DNA from: Chlorokybus atmophyticus
Taxonomy: Eukaryota; Plantae; Mesostigma and Chlorokybus algae
Assembly: GCA_009103225.1 (NCBI GenBank)
Contig: RHPI01003244.1
Location: 124,001-188,000 of the forward strand
Direction: 5' to 3'
Length of the DNA stretch: 64,000 nucleotides
Below are positions 37,396-51,356 of this stretch, in pieces. Numbering within the stretch: position 1 is the first letter of the stretch; each line of letters starts with the position of its first letter. Position numbers and translations under genes: made by a program. The notes under the pieces are model-generated. The model did no database searches, was not told the DNA's origin, and saw nothing but the letters and a program-made list of their open reading frames with translations.

Positions 37396-37949
37396 CTGGC
37401 ATGCATGGTCCCAGTGCTGGCGTTGCTGCTCAGTCGCTGGCATGCATGGCACATGACCAATGTGATGTGACGTGCATTGCTAAGGCACTAACGGCCCTGC
37501 TCAACGACGCGCTAACAACGCCTGCAGTCGACCTGTGTTGCGAACAGGATAGGGGCCGGAGCGGCGAGGGCCCAGTCCGTTGCCGTGTGCTGCGTCGTGG
37601 TCGTCGTCGTTGTCAGCGTCTGTGAAGCCACTGAAGCCCGGCCTGACCACCACGCCTCTGCCGCGCAGGTGGTGACCCCCTTCCCTTCCCTTTGCCCCGT
37701 CCACTGTGCGGTTGCTTAGCAGTCGCGTTGGTTGCTGCGTTCTACTTGGTTCTAGCTGCTCTGGGCCCCCCGTTACTTTGCTTGCTTTGTGCTTGTAATG
37801 CTGGTGTGTAACTGCTTGTGTAGCTTGTTAAGCATGAAATAGCATTTCTATGCTTTACAACGTTCACATGTGTGTCCATGGTAATTGGGGAGATTTATAA
37901 TGTTATGCGTAAAGCCATCTTCGATATCTGTTTGCGTTGTTGCCGCTTA

Positions 37950-38012
37950 TTCAGGTTCACAACACCATACCACCACGCATGCTGCATGGTGATATGGTGT
38001 TGTGAACCCGAA
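37950..38012 (-). repeat. Hairpin with 30-bp arms and a 3-nt loop
   Basis: 37950-37979 pairs with 37983-38012; the 16-bp core is perfect; three C/A mismatches are G-U pairs on the minus strand. Confidence 0.9.
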
Positions 38013-39095
38013 AGCTGCATGGCACTAGCCATTTGCATGAACCCCTGAGCTTGTATCCTTTGCTTTATTTCTTTAAGAATCGGCTATGGCAAGTACTATT
38101 CGTGTACTTGGCTGTTTGCTAATCGGTTGTAAACTACGGATGGGTTGCAAAGCTTGTACGGTAAAAGTGTTGCAATACTCTAACTACCGGTGTACGGTAG
38201 GCTATGTATACAGGGTGCTGCATCATACATGCTGATGTATATGCGCATTCAGTTGCTGCACATGCAATAGTCACACACGCCCAAGCGTTCACCATCATCA
38301 CTGTATTTACACCACCGCCGCCAGGCTATGTGCTCTATCTGCTTGGTCCAGATACCCTCCATATGCACAGCCTCAAACCAGCACACAGTCATTGGCATAC
38401 CTGCCCACATGGGGTTAGTCGTTGCTGGCAGTGTCAAGCACGGCAACTGCCAGGGTCACAGCTCCCTCCCTCCTGCTCTCCCTCTCCCCCGCTACCCTCT
38501 CTGCCGCGCAGCCCCTTGCTGCGTCATCTCCGGCTACCCTAACCCTCAGAGCAGAGCAGTGCAATTCTAACGTCAGCGCTTAGTGCAAAACCTGCCACCA
38601 TACAACACACCTCTGCGAGATATGCTCGAAACAGCTGCATATGCAAGCGTATGCGCTATGCTCTTTGAACTATGTGCATGCTCGTAATGCATACGACGCA
38701 ACATAGACATGGTTGTGCTATGCATCTCATGAATTCCTTGCAACTCATATCCTCCCATCAGTTTTGCCTATGTACATGCAAAGCTGACTAGGTGCATTGC
38801 GTGCAGGTGAGGTACTGCCTTGACCGCTGCTTCAGCTTGGCGTGCTGCCGAGGGACCCAGTGCACTGCTACTGTTGAGATCCTCAACTTGAGGTTGAGTT
38901 GCAACTATGGCGGGTGGATGATCCGTCATGTTAATAGCACGGAACACTCACCTGCCAACTTTACAACTCACCCTCAACATCAATCCAAATCTGCATCATC
39001 CCAGCCTCTAGCCTACAATGAGGCGGTTTTCTGTGAGAGTAGTCGTTATGGTGTGAACAGTCATTGGTCTGCACATGGCCACACACTGTGCGCGT

Positions 39096-39262
39096 GCATG
39101 TCTATGCCAAAGCCTGGCAAGGTACAGACGTTGGTGGTGGCTTTGGTGTACGGTCACATGAATGTAACAGCGGACAATCACCTGTGTGGTTGCATGTCTA
39201 TGCCAAAGCCTGGCAAGGTACAGACGCTGGGGGTGGCTTTGATGTGCGGTCATATGAGTGTA
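39096..39262. repeat. Tandem duplication, period about 96 bp
   Basis: gcatgtctatgccaaagcctggcaaggtacagacg.tgg.ggtggcttt occurs twice. Confidence 0.85.
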
Positions 39263-39716
39263 CACATACGCAGACATTCACATGTGTGGTTGCATGAGCC
39301 ATCCAAGTATCATGCAAGGCACACACAAACACACAACATTCACACGCTCAAACACATGCACAACAGGAAGCACTCAAATTAACACAGAGGGCATACAGGC
39401 ACTAGCTATGTGCATGAACTCAGAAGCGTCTCATGGATGGCATATTGTCTTTGCACAGCCACGAGTACAACAAAGCCAACCAATTTGCTTGCTGTACATA
39501 TTCTAAAACACACAAACCTACTCTGTGTACAGTGAAAGCAACCATCACTAGGAAATGCATGCCTACAATTCAGCACACACTTCAGCCACGACCTATCTAA
39601 TGCACTACAAAACTACCCAAAGGCCGACTCAACAGGGCGAGGGTCGCAGCTGTTGCAGACTACCATGTAACTATCAAGGCAATCGCTGAGCTACAACAGC
39701 TGCAACTACTACTGCT

Positions 39717-42577
39717 CTACTTGTTCTCCGGGACCGGAATGTTGGCCCTGCCCGTCCACGAAGGAACTGGTGTCAGTTCGCTAGGGGCAGGAGGTGCGTT
39801 CTCAGAAGTTGAGAACAACACCGCGATGGTGAAGTTCTCTGACATCATCTGGTCTGGGCGCACGGTGAGGTTTGTGTAGCCTGCGTTGTCACTCTCCTGC
39901 GGTGTGTTGGGAGGCTGCAGACGACAATTACAATGTCAGCCGCATGAACACGAAGTAGTACTATTGCAAACCAGAACGTACAGCACCAAGGCACCAAGCT
40001 CACCGTGAGGTTCAACGGCTGCGGATTGCATGTCATGGTCTGGAATGTAGCGTTGGGTGGGCTGAGTATCTGGCCAAAGAGGGTCTTCCCATCTTGAGAG
40101 AGCTGGACAGAGCGGCCGTCGGGACCAATACTGATCTCGGCCTGGGTGTGGTACATTGATATGACATCCACGGGTTCCCCGGCCTTGGGCTTGATGTCGT
40201 CCTGCACAAGGAGGGAGACCTCCGAGCTATCTGGCTGCTGGGACTTGAGCAGCGCGAGGCCACGGAACACGCCCTGCACTGACTCCTTCCATGGGGCTGT
40301 CAGGTTGACTGTTACGTGGCTGCGCTGTGGGCTGGATGCCCACGCCAGAATGGGAGCGTCGCGGCCTAGAGCCATGTTGGCAATCTGCAGCGGCTTCTGG
40401 GGCTCATTGGACACAGCCACCGTGTTATGACCCTCCGTGCGCAACCGGTAGAACTGGAACCTTTTGGGGCTGAAGTAGCCCTTGATTTGGTACGTGTCAT
40501 TGCCAAAATCCGTGAACCACCGCACACCCATGGCTTCGAACACAAAGCCGCCCAAGTCCAGGTGGTAATGTCCACCTTGAGGCTTGTACGGCGTGCGTCC
40601 TGTGGACACACCAACATGAGTGTTTAAGCATGGAACGTGCTGCATCAGCAACATACTCGCACAAGCACCAGGTTACCAAGTACAACATCCTTGAAATGAA
40701 ATGTTGCTGACCTGTCTTCATGGCGAGATAAGCTGCGTTCTTGTCAGTCCATGACGTACGGAAAAAGGCCAGGTCAACGTCGTGACCATGAAACTGTGCG
40801 TCAAGCGGGCAGCCATGGCCTACCGGCAGCTTGGGTGCATTGACAACCTGCATCCTCAGAATGTGTCACATGTCTGTAAATAGACAACCAACCTGCAACC
40901 ATACAACTAAGCATGGGCCTACCTCTGGGCTGGTGAAGATGAGTCTGAAGGGACCACCAGTGGCATGCATCTCCTCTTCGTGGCAGTACACAGCAGGATC
41001 ATTGAACTTTTTGGCCAAGTACAGCGAAGCATAGGCGCTGCACAAGACACATCACGCTTGATTCAACTTGCTCCAAGCTGCAGCATTGACTGATACAACT
41101 GCTGACTGCTTACCTGAGTGGTTTGTCGCCATTGCTGTCGGAGTAGTTGAAGCTTCTAAGACACGGTGAAATGTGATGGCGGCGGTACTCAGCCGTTTCA
41201 CGGAAACCTGGTGTGCTTGCTGTGCCCAAGTCATCGTTCAGTGCAGAGTCCAATGATGCGCAGAAGATGGCTCCAAACCAAGAAGCGAAAGACCAGTACA
41301 TGGGTCCCTGTAACATAATTGCAATACCACTTGGGTTGCCCACAACAACCACAGTATGCCATGGACTTGCATGCGCGCGCACACATGCGTGTACACGATT
41401 AGGCCGGCCATGCCAAACTCACATGCATACACACAAGCACACGGCACGCCCATGCACGCGCATGCAAATGTGCACACATATGCTGATATGCAGCACTGGT
41501 AAACTGCATGCACGTACAACAGTTGCGTACCTCAAACCAGCCTCCACTGGGGCCGAAGCAGCGCATGACATTCTGCGCGCCAGCACTAGCGAAGCCGAAG
41601 ACCTCCTGGCAGAGCTTGGGGTCAAACTCGTAGAAGGTGAGAGCAGCGACAGTAAAGCCGGTGTTGCCAATGAGGCCAATATTGCTGAAAAACTTGTCGA
41701 AATAGGTGTTCGTGCGGAAGAACTCCAGTCCAGGGCGAAGCGCCTTGTCGCGCACGGCAATCCACATGGCCTGGCGGTCCTCCTTGGACAAATCTTTGAA
41801 GCACCAGTCGAACGCGCAGGACATGCCCACGCAGTACTGCGCAGTCGCCAGGTAGCCAGGGTTGGGCTTGCCAGGGATCCAGACGTCAGGGGCAGCGGCA
41901 GCGACCTGCAGGCAGTTCCTGCGCACGCCCTCAAGGTACTTGGGGTCGTCCGTGAGGCGGTAGGCCAGGGCCATTGCCGTGGTGCGGTCCAGGAAAGGCC
42001 TGGAGGCGCTCACGGTGGCGCCCTGGCTGGCGGCGGCGCCATCATCGCTGGGGTTCAGCGCACTGTCAGCCGCCTTGATCAGCGACTTGTAGGCGTACCC
42101 CAAGCGACCGTTTTGGGCCTGGCGGAGGAACTCCACGTGGTCAGGCGTCAGTATAATCCTGGGTCGCTGCTTGACGAGCTTGTCGCTGAGCTGGCCAACG
42201 ACGCCCAGCTCGTCCGGCGCCGCCCTAGGTGCACAAGCACATTCGTCTGTCCCACCACCGTGGGCCTCTCCATCACCATCACCACCATGACCACCACGAC
42301 CGTGGCCTCCTCCACCTCCACCTCCACCTCCACCTCCACCTCCACCTCCACCATGGCCACCTCCACCCCCACCATGGTGCTGGTTCTGTTGGTGGTGGCC
42401 GCCTTGGTGGTGACCCTGTCCCTTCCCGTCGTTCCCGCTTACATGAGCCACCGCCTCGCTCACCATGCCAATGATGTTGTCCATGCCGCCTGCACCCGCA
42501 CCACCACCAGCACCACCGTGATGCTGCTGCTTCCTGCCACCACCGCCGCTCGCACGAAAGCAAGCAAACAATCCCAT
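39717..42577 (-). CDS. Heparinase II/III-like polysaccharide lyase (bacterial type, spliced) with an N-terminal MGxxxC acylation motif and a Gly/His-rich linker
   Basis: RPRIILT, LAYRLTDDPKY, YLATAQYCVGMSCAFDW, GGWFE spliced to GPMYWSF, FNYSDS, FFRTSWTDKNAAYLAMKTG, GHYHLDLGGFVFEAMGVRWFTDFGNDTY, TEGHNTV; last exon PPNTPQESDNAGYTNLTV...ENK then TAG 39717-39719. Confidence 0.85.
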
Positions 42578-43728
42578 CCGCTGCTTTGCTAAGACACTAG
42601 TACCCTCCAGTCAGCAACAAGTGCCAAACAATGTCAGCACTCCTCCAAACACAGAAGATGCTCTGCCTCCGACTTCGGACAGGACACTGTGACAAGCAGC
42701 GCCGAGCCACCGCCGCCTCCAGCTTACAAGCAAGTAGTGTGAAAGGTTTGAGCTTAGCCTAAGCAGCGGAGCACTTTCTCGGTGTGGTTTGTTGCGTGCA
42801 GTGCTTGCTCGAGCGCATGTCGAATGGTGGAGTGGACAGATCGCGTACGGAATCTTGCGAATCTGTCCGGAACTGCACGCCAACGTGGCGGTAACCATCA
42901 ACGGGATCACTGATCCAGAAGCTCATAGATGGCTGGCGTTGCTGAGGCTGTGAAGTTACAGCCTGCGATCAGCAATGCGAAAGATTTTCCGTACCGATAA
43001 TGTCATGATGCCAGGACAATCCGTCACATGACTAAGTCTTATGTTCACTGCCTTTGTCATATCAATCAACAGCATAATGGCAAGGCATTGTAGGTAAGTC
43101 AAGTATTTCAGCTACTTTCATCAAAAAATGCATGAAGTTGCCCATGATGAGGTGTTTCTATGTATCATAACTGCAAGAGGGAATGTATCACATGCAAACC
43201 TACGTGCACATGCAATTCAACAAGCACCACCAACACTCACCACATCGACCACCGGCGCAAGGCGCCTACATGCTACCTGCTGACGACCTCCAAGTCCACC
43301 ACTCCTGCCCCCCTGTTAGCCATGCAGGCATGCATGGCAATCGCAGTCACCTGCGCATGTGCGAGAGTTTATTGCGTACCACTCAGAAACAGGTAGTTGG
43401 TGTTCCTGATGCTCTCCAAGCGTTGCTGGACGAGTGCTTATGCCAATACATGGTCCATACAGGAAGAAAGGCTTTCGAGCCAAGAAGACTCTCGAAGGTG
43501 ATCTATTAAGCCATCTTGTGTTTGCCATGTATAAGACTTTGTCTTGGCGGGTACTTGATAGGCAGCTACGTGTGCAAACTTTGTAACTACTGCCGTCATT
43601 GCAGCTGGCAGTGCTCATGCCAGTTGTAAAATGTACAAGCATACATTTACATACTTTATTGCGGATGTATGGTACAGCACTATGAAGTTGAGTACTACAA
43701 TCTGTACATTACAAGCGGCCACCCATGT

Positions 43729-46700
43729 TCACAGACTGGGACTGCTATTTCGGTGCATGATGATTGGCGCAAGCATATCACCACTGGCAGACTTGCGAAG
43801 CGTCGCTGCGAGCTCTGCATCCTCGCGGCCACCTGGGCGATTCAAGATCAGCTGTCGGAGAAGCACATGAGCAAGTTTATAACACATATTGATACAACAC
43901 TGCCTACCCCAGAATGGCAGGGAAAGGGCACTGTTAGCATGAGCCTTCTTCCGCCACTCATTGATAGCAGCTCTGTAAACTGCGACTGGGTGGTTGGAAA
44001 ACCTGCCAAACCTCAGGCGGTGGATCAACATCTCCTCAACCCAAGTTGGGTCGAGATGCAGGTTTTTCTCTCGCATGTCCAGCAGGGCGAGAGTCCCTGC
44101 ATGCTTGAATCCTGTTATCGCCAACGGTACCTTAGAGACCTGTACCACAGCACAGTTTCTATAAGTTGGCTGCACAAACATGTACAACTGCTGCACCAGA
44201 TGCAGTTAGGCTTCATGATTTGCACGCACCATATCTTGCTGCACAACCACGCGAAAAGAATTCTTCACGAGCTCGTTGTACTTGAGCGCAAAAGGAAGAT
44301 TGCCTATCCGAGGTGAGCCAAAGGCATAACAAGCCAAGTCCTCAAGCGGAAACTGCAAGAATGATGCTCTCAGCTCGTACGCGCAAAGCATTGCCAGTGC
44401 ACCACCCAGGCTGTGACCTGTCAAGTAATGCCAAGTCATATGAGCGTGGTCAGTCAGTCTGCACCCAGTAAGCTAATCGCCACTGCATGCACAGGAGGTC
44501 CAAGCCAGTGCAACCTAACACGCACCCGCTAGAAGCAGAGGTCGATCAAGACGTGAACGCTCTTTATAGATGAGGCCCAGAACCTGTGCCGCTACGCGCC
44601 GCCAGCAGGTGTAAAAGCCTGCATGCACCTTCTCAGATGGCACATGCAATGCACGGTCCTTCCAGCTGCTGAACAGCTGCCGCGCTATAAGCGCCAGGAA
44701 ATTGGTACGCTTTGAGTTCTCTTCTTGTTGTCTGAGCCACTGCTCATAGCTGTCGACGCTCAGATCTGAAGCTGATGCAGAGGTACTGAGCTGTTGCTGC
44801 TGCCTGTCGGCCTGTTCGTCATGCGTGGGGCTCTGCTCGGGTAGGCTTAGCTTGAAAGAGTCTCTGCTCTGGGTCCCGCTTGAGTCCTTGTCAGGGGAAC
44901 TGCTTACCCCAGGCCAGTTGCTTGCATCGTCGCGCGGGCTTTGCTCAGGTATGCTGATGAGCGTATCTGCACTCTGCGTCTTACTGGGACCTTTCCCAGG
45001 AGCAGCAACGGGTGAAGTAATACCTGGCCAGCCACTACTGCAGTGCTCGCAGGTACCATTATGGCACGTGCAATGAGCATACTGCTCAAACTCTGTGCCT
45101 ATCGTCCAGGACTCAGCAGCCTCATCTGTCGGGCCTTCTTCATCAATGCTTTGCTCTATGTCCACTGACCCCTTGTTGCGCCTGCGCTTCCTTTTTTTGC
45201 GTGTTGTTTTGGATATGAGATGGCGAAACTCTGCATCCATCTGTAAGGAGCGGTTTGAACACTCAGTACTCGTTAACCACAAAAAGTTATATGTGAACTG
45301 ACGCCAGACATGCCAGAACGTGTCACTGACCTTGACAAGAAGAAACTTGATGTCTGTTATACCATTGCTGAATGATGACGTGCCTCTGAAAGCAACAACT
45401 ATACGCTGCCTGCGGGCAAGCAATGAGTCTGAGGCTAATGCAACAGTGAGCTAAACAAGACTACTAGCAGTTGCTGGATGCATTGCAAACAAAAATCGAC
45501 GGCTTACTCCGATGACAAGACATAGATATGAGTGTCCGTCTCAGGATCCTCAACAACCCCAGCCACCTCAAACTTTTCAAGGCTTTGAGGATTCACCACA
45601 GACTGAAGAATTGCATTTGCTTCTCGGTCAGTGCGGTACGCGAGAAGCGACATGTTTAGAGCTAGGACACTGCCAACAAGACCGCAAGTTAGTTTGCAAA
45701 GCCCCCNNNNNNNNNNNNNNNNNNNNNNNNNNNNNNNNNNNNNNNNNNNNNNNNNNNNNNNNNNCCCTCCCCTCTCCCCTTTCCCAATACTACAACACAA
45801 CCACTCACCAGGTTTCAAGTGAAAAATGAGCACGTGCCGTTCCAGCGCCGGGAGGCTCCCTCAAACTGTATGTGGGTAGCGATGGTAAGTCGCAACTGGG
45901 GTTGTAATCAGGGTCTCTGTATAACCAGCCCTGCAAACCGCGACGATGGCTGTCTGGCGGCAAGTGGGCATAGCACTGCAGACCACCACACATGTACATC
46001 AGCACAATGCTCCCCAATGGAATGAAGGGGAAACTAGCTGCAGACAACACCCATGTGAAAGTACAGCATTCAGTTATGTGCCTGATGTCAACCATACAGC
46101 AATCTGGATACAAGCGCACTGATTGCAGCACAGCACAACCACAAAGCGGAACACAGGTGAAACTGTTCAAGAGTACAATGCTCTCAGGTTTCAGCCATCT
46201 CACTGATAGACCAAACCGTTCAACGGCAATCAAGAAGTGAGTGCAAATACTACGGAGACTAGTAGCATGAACATGCGCACATTGTACCTGAATCAGCGCC
46301 CATACGACCGCTAGCAGAGCGACAGCAGCGCTAGCGTACACGTTAGCGGAGAAGTTGCGGAATCGCCCTGGATTATACACATCCATCATTGTTTGTTTCC
46401 AGACCTTCAGACCTTGATTGCTGTACTAATACTATGCGACGCATACTATTGAACGACACAACTGACCCCGCCGAACCTGGAGATGTGACAAAATAGTCGG
46501 TTGTGAGCCTGGAAGTATTGATGCACGACACGGTTGTTGCCACCATCCAGAATATGCCAGTTTGCGTCATATAGAATTGAGACCCCAAAGCTTTGTCTCT
46601 GCCAAACCAGAACGCATTGGACTCGGGTTTCCAGACATGAAAGAGCAGACTTCGTGACTTACCTGTTTTTCCAGAATGGCAGAGCACGAACTACGCGGCG

Positions 46701-48730
46701 CGTGCGCTTCATTTGCCAAATAATGTACAAGGTGATTAAGAACTCAAATGTTGCCACACATACAGCTGCCAGGGCAGCTTGTCTGTCTTCCCAAACCAAG
46801 TCAGACATGCTCAATACTTTGATGGCAGGTATGCCATAGGCAAACCAAAAGCTGAAACTCGTCCAGTCAAGGACGAGTTGCAGAGTTGTTCTGGCTATGC
46901 AGTAAGTGCAGGCGATGATGACCTGCAAGTACGCCATGGCACAGTTTAGATATTAAGCAATGGCTCGTTGACAATCACTATTTGATCACACAATGATACA
47001 GAGTTGCTGAAGTAACGACTTGCAGACTGGCGTTACATGATGGTTGAAAACTGATTGCATGTCAGCAGAACACAGGGATCAAGCAGAAGCCGCTACAATC
47101 AGACAACAATCCTGCCTGCGCCCTGCAGGCTGGGCGCGGTAGGCAGTGCACATAGCAACTACTGACAGCACCCACACCAGCGTACTCTACCGTCATGCAT
47201 ACCTTGTCAACGTAGAACCACTTGGGAAGGGTGGGTGTGAGGATTCTGTAGGAGTGAGCTAGCGCCATCCTGCACAGTTCATGAAGAGGATGATTAGTAT
47301 GCCGCTGCATGCATGACGCGTTGTAGCATAGATGCTCAGAACCTACGTTACAGCAACAAGTTGCATACTCCATGCTGCACGCTCCTGTGCACTCACCAGT
47401 AGAAGTAGTAACCGGAAACGCAAATAGCAGCTGTTGCCTGATCTATTGCGCGTGCAACTCGACCAGCATTGAAGTCCATTGCAACAACACAGATGCTTGA
47501 GGAGGGTTGTGAACATGCCAGAAAACTCCCTAGCATTACAATCAACCATGCCTGCAATGCCAACGAAAATTACGCACAGCAGCATGATTGCCACAAATAT
47601 GGACAGGCACTGTTTGTTTGACATTGTGATACTCATCTCGCATTGCACCTGTTGTGGTACTCGCTGTTCACGAGGCGTATCTCGAAAACAGCGCTTCGCA
47701 AAACACACCAGCGCAATCGATATAATGGTAAAGAAGATAACCTGACAGCACAAGCTGAATATGGCTGTGCTTCCTGTGCAGAGTCACATACCAAGATCAA
47801 CAAAAGCAGCTCAAGTCGCCATGCCGTGGCCACAAGCGACATGCAGTTCAATATTGCAAACGCTTCACAGCTCAGCCCAAGACAAACTTACTAGGAATTC
47901 TTCCAGTGGGATCCCGTTTGCTAGACCTTCCCCACAAAGCAGGTACAAGGATGGAGATCAGCAAGGCTGCTGCTGCAATTGTCAGCAGCACTCGAAAATC
48001 ATACTGCACAGTCAGTCATTCAGTCACTGGAGTATATGCACCTGCGGCTGCTTACACACACCACGCACGAGGGTAACAACGAGCGAGCAAGAGCAAGCGA
48101 CAGCACAATGGTGTCGCAGTAGATACCTTGGTGAGCACTTCCAACTTGATCTTCGGAGCATAGCTGTTGACACTGTTGGCTAACTCCGCCAATGCCTCCT
48201 GTCCGTCAGCTCGTCCAAGTTCCTCGCAAACCTCACATACCTGTGAAGCCGTGTGAACTGAGTGACCTGCGCAACTGCCTAACCCAGCCTGTTGCTTGCC
48301 TGAAAGTTGTTCATGTGCCCAAGTTCGCTGTACTCCTTCTTCCCGCCTGATCTGGCCGCTGGTGGCGTGTCGCCATCCTTGGCGCTTTCCTTCTTCGGCG
48401 TCAGCAGTGGTCCCGAAGAGTCTGTCGCTGTCAATTCTAACAATTGCGGTGCTGAAGGTACAGGCACCAGTGCTGCTACATCTGAGATGGACGGTGGCCT
48501 TGCAGCTGCTGGCGGAGTCTCCTGGGCCAAACGCTCTGAAGGCATTCCCTCTGAAGATGTACCGTTGGACTGGAACGCCGCATGTTGTGAGGGCATGCTG
48601 CCTTCTGTGTCCAAAACAACGCTTACGCTTTCAGGGTGCTCACTTGAGACGTTAACTGCTATAAAATCAAGAAAACTGCGACAATTTCGCTGCAGCAACT
48701 CTGCAATGGTCACAGCGCACATGCACATTC
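43729..48730 (-). CDS. Multi-exon class-3 lipase with a long N-terminal multi-pass membrane region; the start codon lies further upstream and was not resolved
   Basis: ETDTHIYV, RIVVAFRGTSSFSNGITDIK, KVHAGFYTCW, LTGHSLGGALAML, YAFGSPRIGN, RVVVQQDMV, FKHAG; hydrophobic helices in exons at 46.2-47.9 kb; N gap inside the gene. Confidence 0.85.
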
Positions 48731-51356
48731 ATCAGCCGAGGAAGAACATGAACAGACTGACCTAGCAGTAAGCTACATGTCAATGCTTAGTAGATTACTG
48801 TCGCAAAAGCATGCGCTGGTGCTCTGCGGTCCGCAGAGCCAAATCCAGCCCATCATACCACTGTTAGCATGAAACCCATGCACAACTCGCAACTCTTATT
48901 ACCGGCCCGGCATATTATAAGCTGGTTCGCTCGTAATGTCAGCAACCAGTCTGCAAGGAGCACTGCATTCGGGCAGTCAGACGCCAGTGTGCACTCACCA
49001 TAACACGGATGCAGCAGGAAAAGCGAGATCAAGAGCTGCTGTCAACAGGCTTTACAACGACAACATCGACCGGCGCAACAGCTGCCGCCCACACCCACGC
49101 CGCTGCCCACCACCCCCATGCCACCGCCCGTGTTGCCGCACAACATCACAGTGCAACTTCAACACCAACCCTAAAACCTTAGACCCCAGTGACAACGTGC
49201 ACCGTCACACTGAGCTAGCGTCACACATCACGCAACACGTGTTCCCCAGGCAGGGCTCCCGAACCACGTCACCGCAATAGCGCTCAGTGAAGTGTCAATG
49301 CGTCCGCTGAGCACGTTGATCCGTTTGAACTAGCAGTTGCGCGGGAGATTGTGTACATCGGCCAGCGGCTCAGGCATTGCAACCTGATGACACTGGTTGA
49401 AACCGACAGCTAGTGTGGCATGGCTACCGCAAGGCAACCCTGGTAAGCTGCGACATGCACTGGTGTTTAGCAATATTCATGACCAACCGTACTTGATTGC
49501 TTAAAGACCTCCTCCTTTTGCGCATGATCCTTGCCGTAAATTTATAAAAGGGGCGTGGGGAGATGATCTCGCGTGTAAGACTTTAATGATGCACTTTTGT
49601 TGATTCATCACACAAAACACACAGCAAAATTAACTTTGTTGTAATATACTGTAGATTGTAGTTATTATGTATTACTATTGCAGAATAGTTCTCAAAACAT
49701 ATTTCACATGCATGTGCACACGTTCACGAGCACGTACGTGTCACATTGTTGCGTGTCCGCTATTGATGCAATCATGTCACTGTACAAATAACATAAAACA
49801 AACTTGTTTCTCTATGCGCAATATACATAATTACCGAGCGCTGTTAATTGCCTTGTCTCTTACACATGCAATGTTGCGTATAAGGGTTGCGTGTGTGCGG
49901 TGCTTCGCTTACCACAAACGGCGTGCTGCGGAATGACACAACTGCGCATGCACAAATATCGAATGTGATCATCGATGTTTATTACTGACTTCATAATTAT
50001 ATCACCTTAGGCAACGACGTTGTTAAGGTTGTTGCTGTTGCATGTTGTCGGTAAGGGTGCATTATGAATAAAAGATGTGAGCGATGGAGGATGTGGGCAA
50101 CGGCAGGGCGCATGATGGAGCTAGTGAGCATTTAATGGTGTTGGGTGTGAGGGTTGCTTGTCATGCTGGTGCCCCACATACGCCTGCACGGGCATGCCAC
50201 TCACAGACGCGCGCATGCATGCACATAAGCACAAAACCCCCCCGCGCACGTGCTCACACAAACATCTCAGCTGTCATATCACACAATGCAATCTTCGCAT
50301 GTGTGCATGCACACCGCTCAATGGTACACATGTGTGCGCACGTATGTGCCGAATGTGCAGTTCAATGCATCGCACACAGACTTGGTGTTTGCATGCATGC
50401 AAGCTGCTAGAGGAAAGAGAAAGTATGCATGCATTGCATGGCATGCTTGTCCGCAACCACATTCGTGGTTGCGAGCACGTGGTTGTGCGTGTACGTGCTT
50501 GCGTGCATGTTTGCGCTTGCATGTATTTTTGAAAGTGATACATTCTTGAGTGTGCACACATGCCGCATTGGCAAGTGTATGAGTGTGGGAAGATTGTGGG
50601 CTGCGAGAAAGGCCCAGCATGTAACGAACCACTAGGCCACAAAAGCACAATGTGTGTTTTGTAGCTATTGTGACGTTATTATAAGGTCGTCTCATGACAT
50701 TCCCCTCCACTTAGGCATTTAATGTCTTCTTAGGCATTGTATGTGAATTTCATAGGGCATCTCGTCACGTAGCATTGGAAGCGCTTTGTAATCATCACTG
50801 AGCAGTCGCATGACGCCGCTGAGTGACCGACTGTCAGTTGCCGTCTGGCAAGTCGCGCGGTACTACTAGTACCGCTGGGTAGTACCCAGCGGCGGCCCCA
50901 GTTACGCGCGAAGCGTCGAAATGACCAACTGTCGTCCGGCAAGTCGCGCGTTGCACTGAGCAAATGCGCGCGACCCATTCTTTTTTATCGAAAACAACGA
51001 CCTCAAAAATCCTGATTGCCGCGAGACGGTTTCAATAGCAGAAGCTTTGAGTCTCAAGCTTCGATGACTAATGTAATGAACCATTAAGCCGCAAAAGCAT
51101 GAAGTGTGTTTTGTGACCATTGTGGCATTATTATCGGGTCGTTTCGTGACACCGCATGACGGCAGGGCAAACGAGAGCAAGAAAGAGAGAGGTTGCACCG
51201 TGCAAGTCGTTAAGGTGCAGTAGATATTAAGAGCAAGAAGAGAACAAGGGAGTAAGGACAAAATTGATATCAGCACGCACTGAGCAGGGTGCTACTTTTC
51301 AACTCCATATTTAGGCTGTCAATGAGAAGATCTAAACCACTTGGAAAAGTCAATGC

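Noticed and set aside
38250-39060. Possible third Penelope-like or GIY-YIG remnant on the minus strand (YIGKT, HSTTMSMLRRMH)
   Set aside because: Only isolated short resemblances among many stops; not supportable by eye.
41213-42592. 459-aa plus-strand ORF
   Set aside because: It is the antisense shadow of the GC-rich first exon of the heparinase-like gene and has no motifs of its own.
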